Source of the DNA: Dehalococcoidia bacterium
GTDB lineage: Bacteria; Chloroflexota; Dehalococcoidia; Lucifugimonadales; UBA3495
NCBI GenBank assembly: GCA_045562555.1
Contig: JBJKVO010000001.1
Span: 262,089 to 326,088 of the forward strand
Direction of reading: 5' to 3'
Length of the DNA: 64,000 bases
Shown: piece by piece, positions 9,746 to 18,813 of the stretch
Numbering within the stretch: the stretch's first letter is position 1
How the letters are laid out: the number at the start of each line of letters is the position of its first letter
The notes under the pieces: model-generated
The model's input: the letters and a program-made list of their open reading frames with translations, nothing else
Told to the model about the DNA's origin: nothing
Databases searched by the model: none
Made by a program: the position numbers and the translations under genes

Positions 9746-10609
9746 ATGTTCATTGTTCAAACTAGCGCAAAAATTAATTTGGGACTTGAGATACTTTCAA
9801 AACGAGAGGATGGATACCATAATATCTGTTCAGTACTGCAAAGCGTCAATTTGTTTGATGAAATCACTTTTGATTTCGCTCCAACAACAACCTTAATTAC
9901 AAATATTGATTCGCTGAATGTGGAATCTAATCTGGTTTTGGAGTCGGTCAAAACATTTCAAGAATATACTAAAATACCTGTATCTATGAGTATTACTTTG
10001 CGAAAGGATATACCAATTGGTATGGGACTAGGGGGCGGCAGCGGCAATGCGGCTGGTACCTTGTTCGCTCTAAATGAAATATATTCCGCAGGGTTGTCAC
10101 TCATTGAATTAATGAATTTAGGTAAGACTTTGGGCGCTGATGTACCATATTTTTTTCATGGAGGTACAGCGGTCGTATCGGGAATCGGTGATGTGGTAAC
10201 TCCTTTGGTAAATATGTTGCCTGGCAACTTTGTATTGATCTGCCCTAAGCTTTCTATTAAAGAGAAAACTAAATCTTTTTTCCAGGAAATTCGTGAAGAG
10301 GATTTTACTGATGGCTCAATTATGAAAGCTTACAGTGAAGATATTCGTCAATCGTATGAGATATTTAATGGAGTGCCTAATAATGCATTTTCTCGTGTTC
10401 TATTAAAAAGATTTCCTGAATTAATGGAATTGATAACTAACATACAGGAAAAATTGGGGATAACAGTTAATTTCACCGGAGCAGGATTGGGTATGTTTGC
10501 TATTACTGACGAGTACAAACCATTGAAAGAATTAATAGACTCGCAGTATTATGATACATATATTCTAAATACTATCGATCACTCGATTAAAATGAGATCT
10601 AAAATATGA
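9746..10609 (+). CDS. ispE: 4-diphosphocytidyl-2-C-methyl-D-erythritol kinase
   Basis: AKINLGLEIL..REDGYH and the GHMP motif PIGMGLGGGSGNAAG. Confidence 0.85.
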   Translation: MFIVQTSAKINLGLEILSKREDGYHNICSVLQSVNLFDEITFDFAPTTTLITNIDSLNVESNLVLESVKTFQEYTKIPVSMSITLRKDIPIGMGLGGGSGNAAGTLFALNEIYSAGLSLIELMNLGKTLGADVPYFFHGGTAVVSGIGDVVTPLVNMLPGNFVLICPKLSIKEKTKSFFQEIREEDFTDGSIMKAYSEDIRQSYEIFNGVPNNAFSRVLLKRFPELMELITNIQEKLGITVNFTGAGLGMFAITDEYKPLKELIDSQYYDTYILNTIDHSIKMRSKI

Positions 10610-11496
10610 ACCTTATTGTTATCAATTTACCATTTAATCCATATATTATTGATTTGGGTGCTTTGGCGCTATCATGGCATGGATTTTTTACTGCGGTCGG
10701 CCTAATGTCTGCTTTGTACCTTGTTGTGCGATGGTCAAAAACTCGATCTGATATATTGCATCGTGCTGGACAATCCGAATTAAATTTGACTGCTGATACT
10801 GTATTACAGGTAGCCCCTTGGGCGATTTTATCCGGAATAATAGGAGCTCGATTGTTCCATGTGATAGATTTTTGGTCTGCTATATACACCTACGATCCAG
10901 TATCCGTTTTTTATATTTGGAAAGGAGGCATTGCTATATATGGAGCAGTGCTGGGAGGTTTTGTAGGGGGATTTTTATACCTAAAACTTAGGAATTCTGT
11001 TCAACTATTAAATTTCATTGGATATATCCCTTTGCTGAAAAAGCCTAATGTTATCAAGTTACCAAAACCTGGAGTTCTTGCAGATTTGGTAGCTGCTCCA
11101 ATGATTTTAGGTATGGCTATAGGTAGGATCGGAGATGTGATAAATGGTGAGCATTTTGCGACTTATACAGACTTGCCTTGGGGTATTATATATACTCATC
11201 CTTTAAGTCCAGGGTTCGGTAGACCCGCTAGTCATCCTGCAGTATTTTATGAATTGCTGTGGGACTTAGCAATATTTGGATTGTTGCTATGGCTGAAGGA
11301 TAAAATAAAACCCAATGGCATGATTTTTGTGCTGTTTATTTTGCTTTATTCTTTCGGGAGATTTTTCATAATGTTCCTTCGGGAAGATTATTACATGAAC
11401 ATTTTAGGATTCAATCAAGCTCAGGTGGTAGCATTGATTCTAGTGTTGATAACTCTACCGATAGTGTGCTTCAAAGCAAGATTTTTCAAAGGATAA
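10606..11496 (+). CDS. lgt: prolipoprotein diacylglyceryl transferase
   Basis: Polytopic membrane protein with IWKGGIAIYGAVLGG and GRIGDVINGEHFA (the Lgt signature). Overlaps the ispE stop by 4 nt. Confidence 0.85.
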   Translation: MNLIVINLPFNPYIIDLGALALSWHGFFTAVGLMSALYLVVRWSKTRSDILHRAGQSELNLTADTVLQVAPWAILSGIIGARLFHVIDFWSAIYTYDPVSVFYIWKGGIAIYGAVLGGFVGGFLYLKLRNSVQLLNFIGYIPLLKKPNVIKLPKPGVLADLVAAPMILGMAIGRIGDVINGEHFATYTDLPWGIIYTHPLSPGFGRPASHPAVFYELLWDLAIFGLLLWLKDKIKPNGMIFVLFILLYSFGRFFIMFLREDYYMNILGFNQAQVVALILVLITLPIVCFKARFFKG

Positions 11497-11501
11497 TGTT
11501 C

Positions 11502-11966
11502 TCATTTTTTAGTAGGTAGATAGGGATCTTCAAACTTTTTTCTGCTTTGGTTGATTAACGATACTTTTTTTGATACTTTTCCGATTAGGATGTAATTAAA
11601 ATCGAAGCCCAGAATTACATCTAGCGCTCCCCATAATGTGTACAGGGCTGTTATAAATGAAGCAGTAAGCATCAACAACGTTATGCCATTGGGTAAATTG
11701 AATTCCAGCGCCATAAAAATTGTTAGGCCAAGTATGAGATTAACTATGGTTCCTTGGAAGGCTTGAGAAGATAGCCAGTGGGAACTTATTTTTCTGTATT
11801 TCCTACATACCAAATACGATATCACAGGACAGATAAGAAACATTACAGACGAACCTGTGATTATTAAAGAAGGGACACCCACAATGACCGAAACACAATG
11901 GGATCCTCCTGCTAAGATCCGCTGTATTATAGGTAGATCTGAGTATGTGGGAATTATGGACTTCAC
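11502..11966 (-). CDS. small integral membrane protein (possibly DUF4870-like), function unknown
   Basis: 154 aa with about 4 hydrophobic segments. It lies 3 nt downstream of fabF on the same strand. No catalytic motif recognised. Confidence 0.3.
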   Translation of the reverse strand: MKSIIPTYSDLPIIQRILAGGSHCVSVIVGVPSLIITGSSVMFLICPVISYLVCRKYRKISSHWLSSQAFQGTIVNLILGLTIFMALEFNLPNGITLLMLTASFITALYTLWGALDVILGFDFNYILIGKVSKKVSLINQSRKKFEDPYLPTKK

Positions 11967-11969
11967 TTA

Positions 11970-13208
11970 TCAGTATTTGGTAAATATCAGGACAGAGTTG
12001 TGTCCACCAAACCCAAAAGAGTTACTCATACATGTGTTAATTATTTTGTCTTTACTGTGATTAGGAGTGTAATCCAAATCGCATAATGGATCGGGTTCCT
12101 CTAGATTTATGGTGGGTGGTATAGATGCATTCTCTATTGCTTTAACGCATAGAGCAGCTTCTAATGCTCCTCCTGCTCCTAATAAATGACCAGTCATAGA
12201 TTTGGTTGAACTGATGCTTAAATTTGAAGCTACATCTCCTAGAGCGAGTTTTATTGCTTTAGTTTCTTGAGTATCATTTAGAGGAGTGGACGTGCCATGG
12301 GCGTTCAAATAGTCAAGTTGATCTGGAGAAATTTTAGCTGCTGCTAAAGCGTTTTTAATAGCTTTAGCAGCAGTTTCTCCAGTAGGATTAGGTTCAGTTA
12401 GATGGTGCGCATCTGATGATGACCCATAGCTACTTAATACTGCCAAAGGAGTGGCTCCACGATTGATAGCATGTTCTTCGCTTTCTAGGACGAGCATAGC
12501 CGAACCTTCTCCCATAACAAAGCCGTCACGTTTGATGTCAAAAGGCCTGCTAGCATTCTTAGGGTTTTCATTGAATCTTGAAAGAGCCCTTAGGCTGTTA
12601 AACCCAGCTACTGCGATCGGGGTTAAAGGAGCTTCAGCTCCTCCTGCTAGTATTATTTCTGATTGGTTGCTTTTAATAGAGTACCATGCTTGGCCGATTG
12701 CATCAGCCCCGGAGGAGCAAGAAGATACGACGCAGTAATTTGCACCCATAGCTCCTGTCATCATAGATACTTGAGCTGATGCCATATCTCCTAACATCAT
12801 TGGTATTAGAAATGGTGAAACTCTACGAGGTCCTCTTTCTGATAGGATATTGTGTTGTTCAGAAAGGGTTACAATCCCTCCTATACCGCTACCTACAATT
12901 ACAGATAGTTCATAAGGTTTAAGACTTTGAGGGGAAAGATTAGCTGAATCGCAAGCTTCTAGTGCTGCGACACATGCAAACTGCGCAAACCTATCCATTC
13001 TGCGGGCAACTTTACGATCTAATATGTCTTCAGGTACAAAATTCTTAACTTCTGCACCAAATCTGGTATCGAATCCTTCTGTATCAAAGGATGTTAAATA
13101 ATCAACCCCACTTTCACCTTTTAGTATTTTAGTCCAAGTACTGTTGGTGTCATGAGCTAAAGGGTTTATAGTTCCTATTCCAGTAATTACAACTCTAGTA
13201 TCTTTCAT
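11970..13208 (-). CDS. fabF: beta-ketoacyl-ACP synthase II (paralogue 1)
   Basis: 412 aa. Active-site Cys context SSCSSGADAIG, NAHGTSTPLND, SSTKSMTGHLLGAGG, FGFGGHN. Confidence 0.9.
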   Translation of the reverse strand: MKDTRVVITGIGTINPLAHDTNSTWTKILKGESGVDYLTSFDTEGFDTRFGAEVKNFVPEDILDRKVARRMDRFAQFACVAALEACDSANLSPQSLKPYELSVIVGSGIGGIVTLSEQHNILSERGPRRVSPFLIPMMLGDMASAQVSMMTGAMGANYCVVSSCSSGADAIGQAWYSIKSNQSEIILAGGAEAPLTPIAVAGFNSLRALSRFNENPKNASRPFDIKRDGFVMGEGSAMLVLESEEHAINRGATPLAVLSSYGSSSDAHHLTEPNPTGETAAKAIKNALAAAKISPDQLDYLNAHGTSTPLNDTQETKAIKLALGDVASNLSISSTKSMTGHLLGAGGALEAALCVKAIENASIPPTINLEEPDPLCDLDYTPNHSKDKIINTCMSNSFGFGGHNSVLIFTKY

Positions 13209-13226
13209 GATCGCAGAGAGTTGTAA

Positions 13227-14990
13227 TTACGAGTTTTCCGGCTGGGATTTAGTGTCGTTCATTAGAGACCCAAGCAATGTATTAAGCTCGGTTACTGTAG
13301 ACTCTAAGACCGATGTGTCCTGTTTGTCCTCTGCGGTTGTTAGATTCCTGTATAGGTTATTTACTTCCTGTAATTTAACTGAAATATTTTCTGATAATTC
13401 AGTTCTAGCATTAGATAATGGCTGGCTAGCTGCCCTAAGGCTGTCAAGAAGGGTTTCAATAGTTTGTCCAGCAACTGCACTCTGTGTCTGAGTAGATTCC
13501 CTGGCTAGTTCAGATAGTTCTCCGATCCTAGCGCCGATTGAATCAGAAAGTTCTCTGCCTGTGGCTGCAAGCCGCATTCTATATGTTCGGAGCATTCTGA
13601 ATATTCTTCCGTACAAATTATCTATTGATCGTAATTTGGCAGAATACCTCTCAAATAATTCCTCACTTTCTTGCATTCCCCATCTTTCATCGTAGTGTAC
13701 AAATCTTCTGCCGGTGTACAGATGATAAGGCCTCAATTCCCCATCTTTCAGTAACTCACCTTTCTCATTTAATGGTTTCAAGTCTGTCCAATTGGAAGTT
13801 GCAGGTAGAGGAGTGAGTAAATTAGCTGTTTGGTAATTACTGACCTCAGTTACCCAGTCAGCTAAACTCATAATACTTTCTTCTGTGTCATACGGAAGAC
13901 CAATTATAGTCATTGCCACAACGCTGAAGCCCATTCCATTCAATGTGGTTAGATCAGTATGCATTTGGCCTGGATCTTGACGTTTTCTGACAAGTTTCAA
14001 ATTTTCTGCGTTATCAGATTCAACCCCTAGGTACAACATTTTTATGTTTGCATCCTGCATAGCATTTGCTAGTTCCATATCTTGTCCGACTTCAGCACGG
14101 GCCTGGCAAATCATATACATGTTATCGGTGTGACCTTTCCAGTTCTTGAGTCGTTCTAGGCGTTCATCTCTAAATTTGATAGCTCTTAACGGAGGAGCAT
14201 GTAAATCGTCAGATATAAATATGCTTATGTTGCCGTTTTGCCCTTTATGGATTAGCCCATCTTCAGCTAATTCGCGAATTTGATCGATTCTTTTAAGTTC
14301 TGTTTCTCTGCTTATAAGACGATATCCGAGGAACTGTTGAATAACCTGGCAATAGGAGCAATTCTCAGTGCAACCTCGTGTAGTTTCAAGGACGCCACCG
14401 GTTAGAGGTGTCTGAGGAGTAAGGTCTTTGATTGATCGGTAATCTGGTAATTCTGCAAAATCTGGAGCTACTAGGCCTCTCCTAGGGGTTTGTACTAGCT
14501 GTGCGATTTTGTCTCCTTTCAGGAATGTAATACCTGGAATTTTTTCCAGATAAGATTCCTTTTGGGAGGAGTTGTTGATCAGCACGTCGCATAGCTGACC
14601 AATTATGTCTTCGCCTTCTCTGTTGACGATTACATCGAATGATCCATATTTAAATGCTTCTTCAGGTAGAGGGCTCATTTGAGGTCCTCCACCAATGATT
14701 ATTAGATTAGGGTGGTGCTGACGTGCCTCCCTGCTAATTTGAAAAGCTCTAGGAGTTTCATTAATCAAGGCTGTGATCATTAATATATCTACGCCATCCA
14801 AATCTTTATCTGGATCCATCAAGCCAGATCTATCCTCAAACCATATGCTTCTTTCGTAGAAATAGTCACCCTGCCATTGAGCTAATGCGGCTGACAGAAA
14901 TAACATTCCTTGTCTTGGAATAGCCATGTATTCAAAATTACCTCCAGCTGACGCTGGTTGTACCATTACTACTTTTTTAATCTTACTCAT
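13227..14990 (-). CDS. B12-binding-domain radical SAM protein (class B) with a long C-terminal helical extension
   Basis: N-terminal cobalamin-binding-like Rossmann segment (VDILMITAL..IIIGGGPQMS). CxxxCxxC motif in TTRGCTENCSYCQV. The last ~110 aa are Cys-free, S/T/L/E/N-rich and helical. It ends 18 nt upstream of fabF. Confidence 0.85.
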   Translation of the reverse strand: MSKIKKVVMVQPASAGGNFEYMAIPRQGMLFLSAALAQWQGDYFYERSIWFEDRSGLMDPDKDLDGVDILMITALINETPRAFQISREARQHHPNLIIIGGGPQMSPLPEEAFKYGSFDVIVNREGEDIIGQLCDVLINNSSQKESYLEKIPGITFLKGDKIAQLVQTPRRGLVAPDFAELPDYRSIKDLTPQTPLTGGVLETTRGCTENCSYCQVIQQFLGYRLISRETELKRIDQIRELAEDGLIHKGQNGNISIFISDDLHAPPLRAIKFRDERLERLKNWKGHTDNMYMICQARAEVGQDMELANAMQDANIKMLYLGVESDNAENLKLVRKRQDPGQMHTDLTTLNGMGFSVVAMTIIGLPYDTEESIMSLADWVTEVSNYQTANLLTPLPATSNWTDLKPLNEKGELLKDGELRPYHLYTGRRFVHYDERWGMQESEELFERYSAKLRSIDNLYGRIFRMLRTYRMRLAATGRELSDSIGARIGELSELARESTQTQSAVAGQTIETLLDSLRAASQPLSNARTELSENISVKLQEVNNLYRNLTTAEDKQDTSVLESTVTELNTLLGSLMNDTKSQPENS

Positions 14991-15161
14991 ATTTTCTCGT
15001 ACGCTTTAAGGTTTATATATTTATATTCAATTATATTAAATCCGTTACGTATTATATACTATCTACTAAGATATTTGTCAGGTTAAATATCATCTTAAAT
15101 ATGTGTTCTCATCAAGGAATAGTCGAATGATGAGTGTTGATACGATTCTCGGGAGTGCAAA

Positions 15162-16103
15162 TTGATTCTTGTTACTGGAGCCACAGGGTTTATAGGTAGT
15201 GCAGTTGTCAAACAACTAAGTGACCAAGGTGTAGAATTTAAATGCTTGGTTCGTACCCCCGGTAACGAGAATCGGATTCAAACTTTTAGCCCAGAAATCC
15301 ATTACGGGGATTTACTTAACCGGCGTAGTCTTAACCATGTCTTAGCAGGAACAGACACAGTAATAAATGTTGCTGGAACCCTACCTTTCGGGGATAATTC
15401 TGAAGGATATCGCAGGAAAAATGTAGGTTCTGCTGTAAATCTTGTGGAAGCAGGAGAAGACGCAGGGGTTAAGAAAATAATTCATGTCAGCGCAGTAGGG
15501 AGTACAGAGAATAATTCGAATCCGTTTCTTAGAAGTAAGTATCTCTCAGAAAACGTGATTATCCGGAGTGCGATAAATCATACAATATTGAGATTACCAC
15601 ATGTTTTTGGTCCGAGAGACTCTTTCACAAATCATTGTGCCTCACTGATGAGAGTTTTACCTTGTAAGTTGATTTATGGCGATCCAAGGTGTGTTCTCCA
15701 ACCTATGCACGTTTCAGATGTGGCGTATTGCATCGTGAGATCAGCTACTGGTGACGATATGTCTGGAAAAATCATAGACTTAGTGGGTACCGAGTCAATT
15801 TCTTATTCGGATTTATTTACGACGATCAGAAACCGTTTCTCAAGTAATTTGATTCCGTATTGCCCTACACTTGAAGTACCAGATTTTGCGGCTAAAATAT
15901 TTGCCTCTTTATGGTCCGACTTTAGCCCGCTGAGTTTCTCTTTTGGACAATACCTTAGGTCGAACATGATCTCATCAGACAGCTCAGTAGCGGACTTATT
16001 TGATTTCGAGCCACGGTTACTTTTCAATAATATCCAGCATGTGCAAAGAATTAAATATAAAACAGCACTCAGAGTATTATTTGGAGATAAAAATCGGTGG
16101 TGA
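15162..16103 (+). CDS. NAD(P)-binding SDR-family (atypical, NmrA/NDUFA9-like) protein
   Basis: ILVTGATGFIGSAVV Rossmann motif. TTG start with GGGAG 6 nt upstream. Confidence 0.7.
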   Translation: MILVTGATGFIGSAVVKQLSDQGVEFKCLVRTPGNENRIQTFSPEIHYGDLLNRRSLNHVLAGTDTVINVAGTLPFGDNSEGYRRKNVGSAVNLVEAGEDAGVKKIIHVSAVGSTENNSNPFLRSKYLSENVIIRSAINHTILRLPHVFGPRDSFTNHCASLMRVLPCKLIYGDPRCVLQPMHVSDVAYCIVRSATGDDMSGKIIDLVGTESISYSDLFTTIRNRFSSNLIPYCPTLEVPDFAAKIFASLWSDFSPLSFSFGQYLRSNMISSDSSVADLFDFEPRLLFNNIQHVQRIKYKTALRVLFGDKNRW

Positions 16104-16116
16104 ATGGTTGTCTCAG

Positions 16117-17472
16117 ATGAATTACAAGAACGCTTTGGAAAAATTGATGTCTCTTATAGATTTAGAAAGAATCGAATTTTCAGGCCCCCGGCAAAAAGCA
16201 ATTTATGACCTCTCGCGGATTCAAAATTTCTTGAATTATATCGGGAATCCCCATCTGGACGTTCCTTGCATCCATGTTGCAGGAACGAAAGGGAAAGGAA
16301 GTGTTTCAGCTATTTGCGAATCCGTATTGAATGAATCAGGGTTCAAGACAGGTTTTTTCTCATCTCCTCATATTCATTCCTTTACTGAACGTATCAGGAT
16401 TAATGGTGAACCAATAAGTAAACTGAAATTTTCTGAATATTTTCATTGTTTATGGAGTCATCATGAAACCTGGACTAAAGAAGTTTCAGGAGCAAGACTG
16501 ACTTTGTTTGAATATATTACGGCCTTGGCTTTCTATATATTTGAGAAAGAATCTGTAGACATAAGTGTCATAGAGGTTGGCTTAGGAGGCCGTCTGGACG
16601 CCACAAACGTAGTCATACCGGAGGTGTCAGCTATCACTGCATTGGGTTATGACCATATGAATATTTTAGGTTCCGACATAGAGTCAATCACTAAAGAAAA
16701 AGCAGGTATCATAAAACCGCATGTCCCTGTAGTCGTTTCCCATCAATCATATGATGTGATTGATATTATCCAGTCGGTTTGCGCCGCCAATAATTCGAAT
16801 TTGATAGATACGGATGAAAATTTTTGCTATTCGTTAATCAGAATTGAAAATCACAGGCAATGTATTTTTGTTACCAGCCCATCCTTTTCAGGAGAATTAA
16901 ATACTGCGCTATTAGGTGCCCATCAAGCCCAGAATGTATTAACCGCATTAGGTGTGATTCAAGAACTCAAAAGAAAGGATTGGATTATTTCCGAAGAGCA
17001 TATTAAACAAGGCGTTTATTCGGTTTCATGGCCTTGCAGGATGGAGATTATCGAATCAGAATCTCAAACTGTAGTATTGGACGGCGCGCACACCTATGAA
17101 TCTATTCAATTAGTTATGGAATCAATACAGGAATTATTTCAATACAATAAATTAGGTATCTTGCTTGGCTTGTCAAAAGATAAGGAAATAGACAAGATAT
17201 GCGAATTACTTAGTAGATCAACTGCTGATCTGATTTTATTAATCAAGAGTAGACACCCTAAAGCAATGGATCAAAAGGAAATACTTGAGTACTTTACTGA
17301 AAATAATAATACTGTAAAAAATGCGTCTTCTATATTTGAAGCCATATCAACCGCTAGAAAAGAATTGGGACCAGAGGCTCTGATACTGTCTATAGGGTCA
17401 TTATTTTCATCAGCTGAGGTGAGAGAATATCTGTTGGGAATAGATCCAGAACTTTATCAGGCTATCGTGTGA
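16117..17472 (+). CDS. folC: bifunctional folylpolyglutamate synthase/dihydrofolate synthase
   Basis: HVAGTKGKGSV P-loop and GLGGRLDATNV. I place the start at ATG 16117 (MNYKNALEKL...). The ORF-track start at 16000 would overlap the SDR gene. Confidence 0.85.
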   Translation: MNYKNALEKLMSLIDLERIEFSGPRQKAIYDLSRIQNFLNYIGNPHLDVPCIHVAGTKGKGSVSAICESVLNESGFKTGFFSSPHIHSFTERIRINGEPISKLKFSEYFHCLWSHHETWTKEVSGARLTLFEYITALAFYIFEKESVDISVIEVGLGGRLDATNVVIPEVSAITALGYDHMNILGSDIESITKEKAGIIKPHVPVVVSHQSYDVIDIIQSVCAANNSNLIDTDENFCYSLIRIENHRQCIFVTSPSFSGELNTALLGAHQAQNVLTALGVIQELKRKDWIISEEHIKQGVYSVSWPCRMEIIESESQTVVLDGAHTYESIQLVMESIQELFQYNKLGILLGLSKDKEIDKICELLSRSTADLILLIKSRHPKAMDQKEILEYFTENNNTVKNASSIFEAISTARKELGPEALILSIGSLFSSAEVREYLLGIDPELYQAIV

Positions 17473-17490
17473 TACAAGGAGAAAAATGAA

Positions 17491-18732
17491 GTGCAAACGC
17501 AAAGAGTAGTAATAACAGGTTTGGGAGCGGTAAGTCCTAATGGGATTACTGTAAAAGAGTTTTGGAACAGTCTGATTAACGGAAAATCAGGAATTGGCCC
17601 AATGACTCTTTGTGATCCATCCGGATACACTTGTCGAATAGCTGGCGAAATTCTAGACTTCGACCCTTCTGTGGCGATTGACTTTAAAGAATCCAGAAGA
17701 ATGGCAAGATTTTCACAATTAGCTGTAGTGGCAGGAAAAGAAGCCTTAATCAATTCAGGATTAAATCTAGAGGGAATAGATTCTTACCGAGTTGGAGTGA
17801 TCCTAGGCAATGGCAATGGAGGATTTCCAACCTTAGAAGAAAACAGTAGAGTTCTTGCATCTCGTGGAGGTATGAAAATGTCTCCCTTTTTCTTCCCTAT
17901 GATATTACCGAACATGGCAACCGCCAACTTGAGCAGATTCTTGGGAGCTCAAGGATATAGTTCTACAGCCGTTACAGCTTGTGCTGCTTCTAATCAAGCT
18001 ATTGGAGAAGCTTTTAACGTGATACGTCACGGTATGGCAGATGTAATGTTTACAGGAGGCACTGAAGCGGGGATTAGTCAATTGGGGTTGGGGGGGTTTG
18101 CTGTAATGAAAGCACTAACCAATCAGAATTCTGACCCAATAAAAGCTAGCAAACCCTTCGATAACAACCGGGATGGATTTGTTCCTGCAGAAGGATCTGG
18201 AATCATTGTGTTGGAAGAACTAAAACATGCACTTAGTAGAGGAGCTAATATTTTGGCTGAAATTAAAGGTTTTGGTTGCACTTCTGATGCATCACATCTT
18301 GTCCAGCCTAAAGAAGATGGGTCTTCTGCTTGCAAAGCTATAGAATTAGCTCTCGGAGACGCAGAAATTTCCAAAGAAAGCGTGGATTACATAAATGCTC
18401 ATGGCACGTCTACTCCATTGAATGATTTAGTTGAAACAAGGGCTATTAAAAGAGCGTTTGGTGATTACGCATATAAAATTCCTATCAGTTCAACAAAGTC
18501 CATGATAGGGCATTCTTTGGGTGCTTCAGGTTCATTGGAAGCAATAGCATGTATTAATTCTATAATTCATGACAAGGTGCATCCAACTATCAATTATGAA
18601 CATCCAGATCCTGAATGCGACTTAGACTACGTGCCTAACAATGCTAGGTCAGCATCAGTTAATATCGCATTATCTAACGCATTTGGATTCGGAGGCCAGA
18701 ACGCTTGTGTGGTATTTTCTGGTTACGAATAA
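17491..18732 (+). CDS. fabF: beta-ketoacyl-ACP synthase II (paralogue 2)
   Basis: 413 aa. VTACAASNQAIG, NAHGTSTPLND, SSTKSMIGHSLGASG, FGFGGQN. GTG start. Confidence 0.9.
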   Translation: MQTQRVVITGLGAVSPNGITVKEFWNSLINGKSGIGPMTLCDPSGYTCRIAGEILDFDPSVAIDFKESRRMARFSQLAVVAGKEALINSGLNLEGIDSYRVGVILGNGNGGFPTLEENSRVLASRGGMKMSPFFFPMILPNMATANLSRFLGAQGYSSTAVTACAASNQAIGEAFNVIRHGMADVMFTGGTEAGISQLGLGGFAVMKALTNQNSDPIKASKPFDNNRDGFVPAEGSGIIVLEELKHALSRGANILAEIKGFGCTSDASHLVQPKEDGSSACKAIELALGDAEISKESVDYINAHGTSTPLNDLVETRAIKRAFGDYAYKIPISSTKSMIGHSLGASGSLEAIACINSIIHDKVHPTINYEHPDPECDLDYVPNNARSASVNIALSNAFGFGGQNACVVFSGYE

Positions 18733-18813
18733 TGTGCATACATCAAATTGACTGGATTTTTTGAGTGCCATACAATCTTCTAGATAAAAATTAAATCAAT
18801 TAGAAGGGTAATC

